A DNA stretch of 64,000 nucleotides from Camelus ferus (GCF_009834535.1 NC_045697.1:88910001-88974000); one strand, 5' to 3'; positions 38,625 through 52,820 are shown, counted from the stretch's first letter. Numbers and translations: made by a program. The notes: generated by a model from the letters alone, not told the origin.

Positions 38625-41559
38625 CACAATGCCTCGGTAAGACAAGCAAAAACCTAGCAAACAAATCTCCTCTGAAACACAAAACCCCAAGTGGCTTATA
38701 TGCCCCTTTCGAGATAATGAAAAATTACGAAAGAAATCAATGACTCATAAATGTATAAATGCTTCACATTTTTCTGAAGATATTTTATGTGGACACAGCC
38801 ATCACTCAAAAATTTAGTTTTTAATTTAACCTTCAAAACCTAAGAATGCTGATTTTCCAAAGATGCTGCTATGAGAATACATTATAACAAGGCAGTGGCA
38901 CCCTAAGGCAGAAGAGTCTTCCCGAAGATTTTTACAAGAATTAGGTAAATAACAATGGCTTAGAAAAGTTCGTTTTAATTCTCCAAAATGGGTTTCCTCT
39001 TGCAACAGTCCAGATTTTACAAATAAATTCTAAAGAAAAGAAATGTGCTAAACAAAGAAAAGGAACATTTTTCAGGCAAATCACAAAAAGAAAAATTAAT
39101 GAGGATTAAACACTTTTCACGTTGTTCAAAAGTGCGTAATTTGATTTGTTCTCCCTTAAGTAATGCTAAATTATAGTATGAAACCCACCTTGGTAGCTAC
39201 TCTTCAAAAGCCACATTACCCAGAATTACTGGTATTAAAGACTAAAATAGCATTAGCTGGTTGCTATTGTTCATAAGTTAATTTTTTTTCTGTTTTGTGA
39301 CTTCTATGAATTACATTGCATAATCTCATTTCTCTCAAGGGACAAAGGGTGTTATAGTGAAAATAACTGTGACCTAGAAACAAACAAATAAACAAAGCTT
39401 TAATTAAATATAGAGCATACTTATTTAGGGAACTGTATTGTTATAAAATCCTGAGTTTCCTCGTACCCAGTGTCTGCGAATTGAAAATGTCATCAAATGC
39501 TAATTTCATTAGAAGCTGGGGTTTCTAAATACGAAGCAGCATTTACCTTCTATGAATTCTTATAATGCTATTAAAATGTTGTACTGGACTCCTCATTTCT
39601 CTCTCCGTTATTTGACTATGTGCGTGCTCACTGTGTTTGCTGACTTTGTTCTTGTTGACTCCTGAGCATAGTTCAGTGAATTGATGGTTCGCAGTAATTA
39701 CAACTACACCTGAAAAGCCCACCGACGGGAAAGAAAGAAGGAAAACACTTGGTTCAAATGATATTTGAAACATAATATGTAAAACACCTGGACAAAAATG
39801 CCACATTTCTGTTGCTGAGGCTTCTGTCCTGGGCATGCGCAGCTGTGTGGACGGCTTGGGAGGCTGCTCCCTCGACAAACTGCCTAGTGGACTTTTCTGC
39901 ACCCAACACAGCCTCTTAGGGGTCCGGGCTGTGGAGCAAACCCTCAGCTTGAAGTCTGCTCTCATCCCATATCTTCCTTCAAAAATCTCATCGCCACTTA
40001 ATCCAGTGGCTCAAGTTTTCTGAATGACAGTGCCTTCAATCCTCCCAAGGATTGAGAGACTTATTAAGTAAAATAAATGAAAACACAACTGAATACTGCA
40101 AAACCAAATGCAAATACATTTAGAATTGTCTCATAAGTACCTTATTTTCAGCACTCCATTTTTGCGTGTGTGGCTTCTTGCTTCTAAATCTTTCTAAAGT
40201 CTAGGTAAATCTTTTCTCAATGGAAAAAAGAGTAATTTAAAACTTCCAATTAGAATTTGCTTCAAAGTGATAAATTACACCTTCCTATTTGGGATGTTTT
40301 TGTGTGTAAAGAAGAGAGTCTACCATAGAAAATGTACAATATAATTCTTACTGAATTCTGCCTTTCATGACATCGTATGTGGTCACAAAGTACAAGAAGG
40401 AGAAGATATTTTGAGATGTGGTTACCATAACTTTTTTCTTTCTGTTTTGACTAAGAAATGCAGATGATTAAGGGGATATTGTCCTCAGACAAGAAATAAA
40501 GCAGATCGAGATAGGATATAAGATATACTGGGGTCTTAAAGTAGCTTTGTTGGATATGATGTGATATCAATTAAAACACTAATAAATTTTATTCTTCTTA
40601 TTATGAGTTTTAAGACTCTGAAAACATTTCTCTCAGGCATTATGAGTGAGCTCCTGGGGCCATGTTCTGACTTTAACAACAGCCAATTGCCAATCCCCCT
40701 TCTTTGGCTTGAAGCTAGTCTTGATTGCTTTGGGTGATGAATTGGTAGGCTCTATGGATGACTTCATAGTTGGAGCGATACGTTTCTGCTCTGACATTGC
40801 TTTGGTATTTAGTAAACTGTCAGCTGTTCTTAAAATATTGCCAATGATTCTTGAGAAGCCCAGACCTTGGATTAAAATATGGGTTTTATATAAAGATTTT
40901 TCTCACTATGTCTTTATTTGCAATAACAGGAGACCTACATCATTGACCCTATTTCCAAAACTTTTCACCCCACTGGTACATGAGACCTAAATTTATCTGT
41001 GTATTTATTCCTGCACAAATCCATGTTACTGATTAAATTTCAGAACAGGAAGTGAACTGATTCTCATTATAATCTTTTGATCTAGCCATATAAATCTTAG
41101 ACCAGACCTACAAGCAGAAGAATAGTCTAATAAAAAATATCCAAATTTATGGAACATACTTGAGTGGTAATATCAGGTTTTTCTAAATTTCAGCCAGTCT
41201 AGGAAACATGTAAATATATGCCAGCATATTTTATAATCAGTTGTATTATTTCCTCATTTTTCTGTCATATCTACTCAAAGTCTTTTTGCCACCCTTAAAA
41301 ACTTAGTTCAGGACTGGTGAAAAGTTTTATAAATTTATTTTAGAAAAAAAAATTATTATGGGATTGATTGTGTCATCATAAAAATTTCAGCTGAATCTTC
41401 ACGCAGGGATGACGCCTGCAGGAAAATTTTCTCATCTTGCTGACATCAGGCAGTGGCCATGTTAGTTCCTTTTGCCAGTTAAATAAGAATGGAAGTAATA
41501 ATACTTCTAAGCAGATATTTCAAAGCATCCCAGAGATCCACCATCATTCCTTTTCTTTC

Positions 41560-41745
41560 TGCCATGAAAACAGCTTATAGGAGATAGAGGCTGTGCCTTC
41601 CAAAGGGTGTTAGAATGTCGAACATATGGAGCAGAACTGCATTAGCATCATTGAGAGTACGAAAAAAACGTTCATTGTTGTAAGCCATGGAGAAGTTGGG
41701 GTGATTTGTTACTGTAGCGTAGTCTATTGAAAGCTGACAGATACA
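41560..41745 (+). mobile_element. MaLR (MLT1-type) LTR 3' fragment
   Basis: ttgttgtaagccatggagaagttggggtgatttgttactgtagc...gctgacagataca, MLT1 3' terminal pattern; left boundary uncertain. Confidence 0.65.
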
Positions 41746-44700
41746 GATAAGCTTATGAAACAAAGACTTGAATAGTCCTGAACTTCAAGTTTAATAAGGT
41801 AAGATATTCTTAGAACTAAATTGCAATGAGGATATTATGTGGTGCAGCAATTGCAGAATAACCCTTCATACTCTTTTATTACTTATATCAGATTATTTCA
41901 CTAAAATACCTTGGCATGTAAGTAACGTAAATATATTAAGATAGAAAAACAATTCTTTTTAATCTCCCAATAGATGACAGCAAGTAAGAATTAATTTGTC
42001 TGTATTTTTCAGAGGTACACTTAGCCATCTGTTGATTGAATTATTAATACTCCCACTGAATCCATGTGTTGTTGTTACTTTTCCTTTGGTAACAATTAAG
42101 AAGCACCAGTTTGTAGATTCTCTTTCTTCCTGTAATATAAGTTTAATTTATTCTCTATCATTAAACATTGTATTGCAGAGGAACATATTAAAATATTCAA
42201 CAGAGGGTAATTAGCATTCTACGTTGTATATGCAGTAATAATGCTTGAAATGACTTCAAAATTTTGTAAGTAAACTCACATTAGAGCAAAACCAACTTGA
42301 TTGTCTTAACAGTTAATTTAGACAAACCAAGTGACTTACTGTCCCCTGAAGACATTTCTGTTTTCTCCTAACTCTCATATTGCTCAGTTTTCTACTCAAT
42401 AACAGAATAAAAATTACAGAATTTTCTTTTGCCAAAATAGAAACTTTCCCAGTGGCTTTCAGTGAAGGGCAGAATAATCAGCAATGCTCCAGGAGGGCTG
42501 ATAACAGATATTGTGGTTTTAATAAAGTAGAATTCAAATTTGCTGATTAAGTTTGCTGCTTAAAAGTTAGGGACATTAAGGCATCAAAACTGAAAGGCTC
42601 AAAAGAAAATTCCAAAAGAGTAACTTCAAAATACTTCAATTAACTAGTCTCTGACTACTTTTTTAAAAAATGAGAGTACTTGGAGCAAGAGAAGCAATTT
42701 AATCCCACTGCCAGCTGATCTTATTTCCCCCTCATTGAGTGGTAAATTAATATTCTATTTTATTTCCAAGGCACAAATATAATTTGAGTCCACTGTAGTT
42801 GTATAGCTTGATAGCAAACTAGATAAATTTTAAATGCATACTTGTTTCGTACATTTGTTATAATCTTTGCAGGTTTTGGATTGTAGTATCTTCAACTAAA
42901 CTGGACTTCCTGTAGAAAGATGAAATCTTCTCCAACTCTAAACATTTTACAAAGGCCAGAAGTTTCTAAGGCAAAAGAAAAGAAAGCTGAAGAAAATCTG
43001 ATATTTTCCACAACACTGATGGAGCATAGGAAAAAAAAAGTTTAGAACAGAACTGAAAATCCATTAAATGTTCTGTGTCCCAGGGGGTAACCCCTGAAAG
43101 TCTTGAATGCTCAGCAGATTTTCCATTACAATTTTTTTGGATGAGTATTTTATCTCAGTAAAATAGTTCTCTGTGTTCCTGTGACTCTCATTAAGCTACT
43201 CAAAGGAAACACTTGTTAACTGCCCTTTATCATTACCCTCCTTAGGTAGAAAAGTCTGGGTTTAAGTTTTTTGTTGTTTGCTTATAATTTTTTTTCTTTG
43301 TTTTATGCCATTTTCCCTGATCAAGAAGTCATCATAAGTCCCCATGAACTTTCAACATAATATTTCAAAACAATTATAGTATCTTGTTTTTAGACTGAGG
43401 AATTTCTGGGAATATATTATTTTTGTAAGACTAGGTCAAACAAAAGAGGTTCTGAAATTTTTTTATGACTTCATGCCAGTTTTCAGTAAGTAATCCTGAA
43501 GAAAATGACTTCCTAAATTTTAGTTCATCCACAAGAAATAGTACAGTATGACTTCAACAAATTTAAATGATTTTAAAGCTAGACAAAAACAAAGTATTTT
43601 TGTGAAATTTTAATTTAACATAAAAGCACTGCTTTCAAAGGAACTATTTTTCATACATTATTGTGAAAGAAAAAATCCTACACTTTTAATTTGGCATAAG
43701 TACTACTCATCAAATAAAATAATGTGACTTCACTATATTCATACATTGCTTGAAAATATATTTATTAAAATTGTTTCTTTGCACAAAGTATAGCTCACAT
43801 TTTAAGTAACTGAATCTATAAAATCAGTTTAAACAGCAACAGTAAATGAAAATTACACTTCAAGATATTTAATAAGAAGCAGTCAAGATCCCAAAGCTTG
43901 TCTCTTGTTAATATATTGCATAGAAAAGAACAGCACATGCATTTTCAAATAGGTACTCATACTTGGGTATGTTAAAACACAGTTTGTAAGATCAGAGAAG
44001 CTCAAACTCACCACCTTCTGATAGTGACAGTATATGTTAGTGATGGTTCTACAAAGAATTTTGTGTAAAAAAGAATAATAGAGGACAGTATATTGTCTGA
44101 TGGAACTCACTGAACATCAGGAAGTTATCTCATCAGCTACAGTAAGATTGTTGGAGGAGGTGTAAGAGGAGGTTTAAGAGAAGACCCTTGGCACAGATTG
44201 GCCAGTTGCAATTGGGATTCATTTGCAGCATTTCTGAAAACATGAAGTAATTCTTTCTTGTAATATTTTCCCTCATCAAAGGGATATCTGATAGAATAAT
44301 GAACACCATACCCCTCCGGGAGCTCGGCAGTTAGCGATACCACAGTTAGGAGTTGGGTGGGTTGCCGGTGCTGGCAGTAATCAGGAACTCAGTTATCACT
44401 TTTGAATAAAGATGAGTGAGTCACCTCCCAGAGCTTTCATCACTTCCTTCCTATGTGCCTCCACTCTGTATGGGACTGAGTGAGGAGAATCCAAGCTGAG
44501 AGTGTTTCCAGGGAATCACAGGCACTGCGTTCTTAGTAGTTTCCAGCTCACCCTTTCCTAATGGATCCTGGGGGGAACAAGAAAAATTGCTCTCCCGAAG
44601 CAGTTTCTAAGTACATACATTTACCTTCTGACATTCTCTTTCAATCATTATTTTATTTAACACATACTGATTCAGCCCCTGTTTATGCCAGAGACGAGGA

Positions 44701-44803
44701 TGAAGAAGAGAGAGACGTGCCTTCCTACGTCTTAGAGTCTGGAGACACCACAAATCTCGGAGTCAAGGTCGCATTTCATGTATGTGAGAAAATGAAAGCT
44801 CCA

Positions 44804-45307
44804 TGTGTGTCCTATTGCCGCTTAACAGATAACCACGGACGGAGGGGTCGAAGGGGACATAAGTTTATTGCCATATGTTTACAGCGGTCAGAAGTCTTCA
44901 AAATCAGTTTCACTGGGTTAACACCAAGGTGTCAGCTGGCCTGTGTTGCTGATAGAAGCTCGGAAGGAGAATTCATTTCGTTGCCTTTTCCAGCATCTAG
45001 AGTTCTCTTATAATCCTTTTGTGGCTCCTTGCTCCATCTTTAAAGCCAGCATCATGCCATCTTCTCTCCTCTCCGATCTCTGTGTCCACCTTTACATCAT
45101 TTCCCTCTGACTCTGATCCTCCTGTCTCCTTCTTCTAAGGATAGATGTGATTACATTGGGCCCAAATGGATAATCCAGGATAATCTCCTATCTCAGGATC
45201 CTTAACTCGATCACATTTGTAAAATTCCTTTTGTACAGTAAGGTAGTGTACTCACAGGTTCCTGGTTCGGATGCAGACATCTTTGGGATCACTATTCAGT
45301 GACCACA
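44804..45307 (-). mobile_element. MaLR solo LTR (MLT1C/D-like), near full length
   Basis: caaggtgtcagc, gccttttccagcatctagag, gtgattacattgggccc...ggataatccaggataatctcc, ending gacatctttggg...gaccaca. Confidence 0.85.
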
Positions 45308-45803
45308 GTGACCAAAGAGCTGAGATGGAGGAGTGAACAGTGGTACAAGCAGAGGTTGGTGACTGAGTCAGTTCTTCTAAATTGTTTGGATTCCTGTGTT
45401 AAGTTTAGATTTACTATTAACACCACAAGGAATCCTTGCAGTTTTTTTCCCTTTTTTAATCAAGAAATTTATATGACCTAATTTATGTCACCTATTCTGT
45501 GAACAATGGGTGGGAATGGAGCACGAAATAAAAATAAAGCCTTACTTGTTTTCTGTATCTTCATTTATTCCTCTGGAAAGTGAAATAAGTAACAATTAGG
45601 CTGGTGTTTGTGAGATAAAATACAGTATTTTACAAACTTAGTTCACTATAAAAAGGAGAACTGACTTTCAGCCTCTGTACTAGAAAAATTACTAACTGTG
45701 AAATTTGGGAAATTAAGGCCATACTACACATTAGATTTTACATGAGTTTAGAGTTCAGTGATAAACTCTCAGAAAATGCATGGTTGCTGCACACAGTTAA
45801 TTG

Positions 45804-45831
<28 letters not shown>
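45804..45831 (+). repeat. Poly(A)28 run
   Basis: Directly visible. Confidence 0.95.
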
Positions 45832-45835
<4 letters not shown>

Positions 45836-47842
45836 CCAGCGTTATGTAACTAAAGCCAATTACTCTAAGACACCATAGTCACAGCAGGGCTTCTCCACCA
45901 TAACTTAAATTACCTCTTTAATTTGAATACTATTGTTCCAGTTCCATTACTTATTTGAATGCTCAGAAAATTCTGAACTGCCCTCCTAATTCTTCTTCAC
46001 TTCGTGTTTGTGATGAAATAGAGTCATACTACAGGTTGACAACCCAAAATATTTAGGTCATGTAAGTTCTTCCTGGGATATATTTGCAAAGGACTTTGCC
46101 TGAAATTCAGGCATCCTGTGAATCCTCAGCATTATCAATGACGGTCAAGTCCGGATCTTTCAAACAGCACCAGGAGGCAGACTTTGTGTTGCCAACTCCA
46201 CATGACTTCCTGTTTCAGAGAGGCGCGCTCTGCCCAGTTCTGTGCATGGTTCTCCCATCTTGTCCTTCTGCCAAAAGGTGATTTCTCCCAGGAAAAGTTA
46301 CAGTCACTTCTAAGGCACGGGTTCAGCTTTGATCAATGTTAACTAATTTGAACCATGTGAACGTTGATTGTTGACCTCTTCTTAAAAGACAATTTAAAAA
46401 ATTAAAACTTCGTAGTTTTGAAACAGTTTTACGAAACCAAAACTGGGGGGGAAAAACCTGAAGAAAAGGCAGGGCTGGTGCTATCATAAAACTCTAATGT
46501 GGACCACAGCTTCACGAGTGCCCCACATCTGCCCTCTGAAAATTCTTACTGACCTCCTGGCTGGCTGGGCCTGGGTGTCTGATTAAACACTGGAAGGAAC
46601 ATGGCAACATCTGGACCTACCCGAGGCGGTATAAACTTAGTTACACCGTGCACGTGACCTGGTGAATGTGGGCGTTCAGTCCAAATGAAGGTCCATCTAC
46701 ACATGACATCCACGTCAGGAAATAACACAAATCTAAATGATTCTTAGAAATAATTATAATTATAAAAGGAAAGCTAGTCATAAATACGAGCAATTCCAGT
46801 GTGTTAGGACAACTTTCTTTTAATCAGCCTTTAAGAAAATCATAACATTTAGTAAAGAGGTTAACTGGGGCCAGTTTTTTTGATACTTTTAAAATTTCAC
46901 AAGTGGGAAGCCCTTTAATGCAGTTTCTTTTTAACCTCTCAACAAACCTTAAGGAGCTTCTGCAGTAAGAGGAATCATCAGAATCATGCAGCTTCTCTTG
47001 GTCACCAGTCTTTTACCTAGTGATTAAATAGTCTGGCTCTAAACCACCCAGATCATTGTTTTTTCTACCCACAGTGTGAAAGAAAAATCATCTGTGTGCC
47101 AACCCCACATCATATAAAACCCTAACAATGTGTTGAGTGTGACTTAAGAGCCCATAATACATTTTTCATGAAGGTAAGGAAAATCCATTAAAGAGATTAA
47201 TTTGTGTTTGGAGAGCCTACCTCTCTACAGCCAAAAATATTTGTTCTGTTAACTGTGGTCTGCTGACGCTCTGATAGCTCTGCGGCCCACGGATGGCATT
47301 GTTATTGTACCATGTTACATCCTCTGCAGACGGATCATTTAGAAATGATCTAAACAGTTATTTCTCAAAGGCAACTATTAATATGATGCTAAACTGTTTT
47401 TTTTTCTTTTTGGTAATTATTATAGTTAATTAAAAAATTTTTAAGGGCATTATAGTTAAAAATTTTAAAAGAGCTATTCGGGGCCCAGTAATGTTTTTCA
47501 GGAATACTCGTGTTACAGAAAGCTGCTCTGTGACACCAGGTAGTGTTTATTTGCTGCTCTACTAGATCTTCCTAGAAAGAAAATTATAGTGTCTGAAATA
47601 CATTGTTTAATTGCCTAGCATCATTATAGATTTAGCTATTTTGATAATCTCATTGAAGAAATACAATTAATAGATTTGAGTTGAATTCCGTAGTTAAGAA
47701 TTATGAAACGATCAAATGCAGCCTCTATGGTATAAATAACTGAAGTTACACAGACTCATTACCGTGAGGTACGATCTGAAGGTCAGGAGCGGAGCACACA
47801 GTTTAACCCCCACACCACCTCACAGCTCAGTTACTTCTGTCT

Positions 47843-48014
47843 GCAGTGAGTCTCAGCGTTGCTCGTTGGACTCACCAGAAGCCCTTGGAAAATATATATG
47901 CCTGAGTCCTACCCTGACAGTTCCTGGTCTCAATGTTCCGGAGCTGAACCTGAGGATCAATTGTTGCCCAAGCTCTCCAGGTAATTCTAATATCTAGCGA
48001 AGCTGAGAACCATT
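47843..48014. mobile_element. MER5-like hAT-Charlie element
   Basis: atgcctgagtcctaccc...aagctctccaggtaattctaat...gctgagaaccatt. Confidence 0.7.
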
Positions 48015-49019
48015 AAGCTAGAAGAAGAATAAAAGATCTGAAAGTGGAATGCCCTTGTTAGACATGGGCAGGAGGAAGAGAAGGAAGCAAATTTTATTTT
48101 CCCCAGATCTTTCCATCAACCAGCCCAGTTTCCTATTTTCCACTTAGGACTCTCCTAACTCAGAGGTGTCACTGTTGAGTTGTTAACCAGAAATGAAAGC
48201 CTCTGAGACCTGAGGTTCTCACTCTGCGGAGGGGCTTTCGTCAGCAGATGTAGCCGCTGCATGTTGTGCGGGGTGTTTGCGGCCAGAGGACACACACGTG
48301 GTGATGAAATCTAACCTGTGTGCCCTCTTCAGGCTGCCTCTGATGGAGGACTTTTCCTCCCAGAGGAAAGATGGCCTTTTTCTCATTCACACAAAGATTC
48401 ATGCAAAGAGGAGAGTGGTAGACCTTGAAGAAATGGAAGAGTTGTATTGTAGATGAGATTCTTGGGTTAGCCAAGATACGGTGCCTGTCACCAAATCACA
48501 TGCTGACTCAGAGTGGGAGGAGCAGCCTCAGAGCAAAGAGCAGATCCAGCCTGGCCTTGGGGAACCAACGCAGAAGCCAAACTCAACTGAACTCCAGAGG
48601 CCAGAGTAGAATGAGCAAGAACTGTGCAACGATGGCAAGGAGCTGGAGATAACTCCCAGTCTTCTGATACAGTGTAAGCCGGGAACCTGATCCTACTAAA
48701 TGGGGTACCGCGGGAAGAATTATCCTTTGATATATGAGTAGTAAGAGATGGGTGTTGGGGATGGCTCATTTTGCTCTGGTTAAACACATAAAGAAGAAAA
48801 GTGATCCTACAGGGTCTTGGCACAGAAGATTAGGTTAGATACATAGAATACTGTAGGATTTATGGAAACACACACACACACCTCCCAGCAAAACACATGC
48901 ACAAACCACACATGCACAAACTCACAGAACACACACATTTGTTTTATTAGAATTCCTGGATATTCCAACCAAGCTGTGTCTGAAATACAGAAAAGAGAGA
49001 GAAAGGACAGCAAAATCAT

Positions 49020-49218
49020 TAAGAATATGGGGTCTAGAGACAGATTTAAGAAGATTTTAATTCTGTATGCTCTTGAAGAGTTTACCTAACTTCTTATACT
49101 CAATCAGTCAAAAGTAAAAAGGATGATAATGGTACCATGCTGGTTGTCGTGAGGGTTAAATCCACGTAAAAAGCTGAGTGCAGAGCTTGGCACATTACAA
49201 ATGCTTAATAACAGTTAT
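49020..49218 (+). mobile_element. MIR SINE fragment
   Basis: gtaaaaaggatgataatggtacc...ggttgtcgtgagggttaaat...cttggcacattacaaatgcttaataa. Confidence 0.6.
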
Positions 49219-52027
49219 TTTGTTTTTAATTAATCAGTTCACAATCTAAGTTTAGCAAAGGAGTAAACACCTTGACATTAATTCTTTGCCAACATATTAC
49301 AAAATACTTCAGAATTGTCCTCATTACAAAGTAGTCTTCCCCACTGAGGGAGCTCTTCCTTTTTAAAATTTTGCAGTTAAACAAAATCATAAGCTTGGAG
49401 AGCGACAGTTTTCTAAAATACTGGCAGGGGGCCTGGAATTTTTAAAAACAATAATTCTTATCACCCCTTCAACCATCTGAACCACTCCAATCACTACCAA
49501 AACACTTCTTTGTTACCATAGAGACCCATAGAGATATTCATATATTAAATAACAAACACTGCTCAACAAGAATAGAAATTAGGATGAAACACTCCTGGTT
49601 AAATTCCTGAATTAGATTTCATTTTGCCAGAAAATGGGCATGAAGGAGATTTGAACATATGGAGGATTCTGCAAGTTTAATTATAAAACAAATTTTGGTA
49701 GTTGACATACAGTAAAGTCAGCACGTTGTTTAAGAGAGGCTCATTGGATGTGATCAGAAATTATATTTTCTTCTATAGTGATTCCCCCTACATAGCCATT
49801 CTCTATGGGGATAATTCTTGCCCACTTTTTAAAATACGATTAAGAGATTTTTCTGGATGCTGTCAGACAATAAAACACATTTTGGTGACTTTAATCCCTC
49901 AACCAGTCTCAGTGCATAATACACTTTTATCACGTTAACATGTTTAGGGCTGTAAACTTGTCAAAATTCTACACTTCTTTCAAAGGAAGATCTCCTGGTT
50001 TCTACTAGCTTTGGGTGTGTTTGTGGAGGGTGGGTGTCTAAGATGCCCGAGAATCTTACTCTAAAGAAATCCTCCACATCTCACGGCTCCTGCCCTCTGT
50101 TCTCCTCTAAATAGGTGGCGGTGTGAAGTGCCAAGAGCCACTAAGGACTTTACTCCCTTCTTTTGTGTGTCCAGCGCAGGTGTTCTTGAACCTCTTTTTG
50201 GAATTTAGGGGATTGGTGTTTAATGTTTTGAAGCCTTAGTTGAAATTCTTCCCTTTTTAATACTCTTGCATAAACTGGTGTGTTGGGAGGTATCTTCTTA
50301 GATAGGACAAGGGTCAGATGTTATAAAGCAGTTTTTCCAATTCCTGAACCACCGAAGTGTTCAGTTTAGCTCTACTAGCTTTTGTTTGTGTTTTCGAATT
50401 AGCAAAGTGCCATTTAATACAATGAAGCCATTCTTCACTCAGTGATGTTACCAGAGAGGGTGAGATGTTACCAGAAAAATCCGTACAGTTTCCCGAGATC
50501 ACTGAGTGCTGTAGGTATTTTAAATCTTCTGCTTTCTCCCTGTCTCCTCCCTCTTTCTCCTCCTTTCACAAAAACAGCAAGAATAACAACTAGTAACTTA
50601 AGACTTTCTGTATCTCAGGCAAAGTATCCAGGAACACACAGTATCCCTTGAAATTTGGCTGTCATACTCAACAACACTAAATATCCCTTTATAATGTATA
50701 TTCAAAGAGTAAACCCCAAAATCAAATAATTAAATTTGTTAAATTTATTAATTACATTTATAAACAATTAAATTAGATCAAAATAAAATAAACAATTTTA
50801 GCCAATACTTCAGAAAATTAATTCCTCTGAAACCATCCTATCAGCGTTAGTATTTATCAGCTTTCATTTTCTGAACGACCTCTAGACCAGCCTTGCAAAA
50901 TTGCCACGGGTAATTCTTACTCTTTCAAAAAAAGTGGAAAGGTGTTTTGTTCTTGTAAGAATCCAGGAAATGTTTTTGTTCAACTGAAAATATTCCATTC
51001 TTTCTTTACAAACTGTAGCAGCAACACCTCCCACCTGTCAGCGTCATACATACACTAGCAAGAGGATTTAATCATGTTCCCAAGCCTGTGTGGTGGACTC
51101 AGGCCCCTCCTCACCCCGCGTACAATGTGGAGGGAAGTGCATATGCATGAGGAAGAGACTCATTAACTCTATGGCAAGTCTGTGGTTCAAAGTATCTATT
51201 TTGTGGAGGGTCAAAAAGGTTATGTAACTCTCATTTTAATCAACATTTCCAAAATGTGAAAGTAGACTTGTTTTCTTTTTAAAAGAACTGGGTGGAGGGG
51301 TGGGGAGTAGAGATAATTCCTCTAATAGTATCAAACACACTTACAGGCAGACATTTGGGAATAAAAAATGTTATGTGCAGATTTTCAAGGGCTTGAAGCC
51401 TTTCAAATAAATGTATGCACCATTAGCATTCACTCAGCTATAAAGGCTTTGATCTTCCTTTAAAAGAAGCTAGGGGAAAAAAGAAGGGAGTAAAAGAAGG
51501 CAGTGAGAAAGCGAAGCTGTCAGCAATTTGAATGCTGCCAATTATTACACCACTTATAAAGAGCTAATTAAACACGATCGCTTCCAAGAAGAATCATTTT
51601 TACTCTTTTTATGTTCTCTTTTTATTTATCCTGTAAAGAAACTTGATTATTGATAAGACCCACATTGCAAGCTAAATGGGAATGTCTTTTGACAAGAATG
51701 GTACCATTTCTTTAGTTTCCTCAGGTCTAGTCTATATGGTATTTCTGGCTTAGGAATTCTATTCTCATGAATTCAGCTTTAAGTTCAGTTTCAACAGTAT
51801 GCATATAAAATGTAAGATTACTGAATTTCTATCTGCAGCACTATTCTCTCTCTGTATTCATACCAGATCATAAATATAATCAATTTATTAATATTTCCAA
51901 CCATTAATAATTGTCCAGCCAGACTCTCAAGACCTACTCATCATTCTAAATAAATCCTCTCCTCTGTCTCATCCTCCTATTTTCAATTAGTAATCAGGGC
52001 TTATTTCTAACTCCCTCCTATCTCTGT

Positions 52028-52242
52028 GATGTTTCAGTCATATATATATATATATATGCATATATTAATTTTCATATTGTTTCATATTTCATATAGGTTA
52101 CTACAAGATATTGAATATAGTTCCCTGTGCTATAGAAGAGAAACTTGTTTATTTTTATAGTAGTTAGTATCTGCAAATCTCGATCTCCCAGTTTATCCCT
52201 TCCTACCCTCTTTCTCCTGGTAACCATAAGATTATTTACTAT
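52028..52242 (-). mobile_element. L1 3'UTR segment (left part of an L1 interrupted by an LTR)
   Basis: ttgaatatagttccctgtgctata...gtagttagtatctgcaaatc...ctggtaaccataag; closely similar to the copy at 55988-56219. Confidence 0.85.
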
Positions 52243-52820
52243 TGAGGTGGGAAGCCCCATAAAAAGACCAGCAGGACCCCCAGGCAGGGCCACTACTCTC
52301 CTGCCAGCACCATCTAGTTCCCTGGCCCAGAGGCTCTATCTCACTTTTTGCCTCTAAAGCGGCTGACTTACACCTAAAATTCTGTTGGTTCCCTGAGCTC
52401 ATTTCTGATTGGTTATTTCCTTCACTCCTGATTGGTTATTACTCTCACTTCTGATTGGTCCACTTCCCTAACTTCTGATTGGTCCATTTGTAGTACTTCA
52501 TTTTCATGGAGCTCACTCCTGATTGGTTATTTCTCTCACTCCTGATTGGTCTATTTCTACAAAGCTTGTTCCTGGTTGGTCAACTTCTGTTATACTTTAT
52601 TTGCATATGATGTTGCAAAGTGTAAAACTGGCAGCCTATAAAAGGCCTGTGTAAACCTACAGACGGGGTCCAGAGCTTGAAGTGTTAACTTCTCTGGGCC
52701 TGCTGGTGTAATAATCCTGTGTTCTCCAACCCTCTGAGTGCTGCTTGGTCTCTCGCTGGGATTCAGGTTGCTGTCACAACTGAGCTGTAACACTGAGCTG
52801 TAACACATTTTTCTGCAACA
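52243..52820 (+). mobile_element. Endogenous retrovirus solo LTR (probably ERV1 class) inserted into L1
   Basis: ~580 bp with TG...CA ends interrupting collinear L1 sequence; tandem CTGATTGGT repeats; ATTTGCAT; TATAAAA at 52637; AATAAT at 52710; duplicated tgagctgtaaca near the 3' end; no clean TSD seen. Confidence 0.75.

Noticed and set aside
39543..39965. 140-aa minus-strand ORF
   Set aside because: No recognisable protein family or exon context
44561..45013. 150-aa ORF
   Set aside because: Its 3' half runs through a MaLR LTR; no domain similarity or splice support
52381..52580. Regularly spaced repeats superficially like a CRISPR array
   Set aside because: Eukaryotic context, 23-bp period with similar rather than unique spacers, no cas genes; these are LTR U3 tandem repeats
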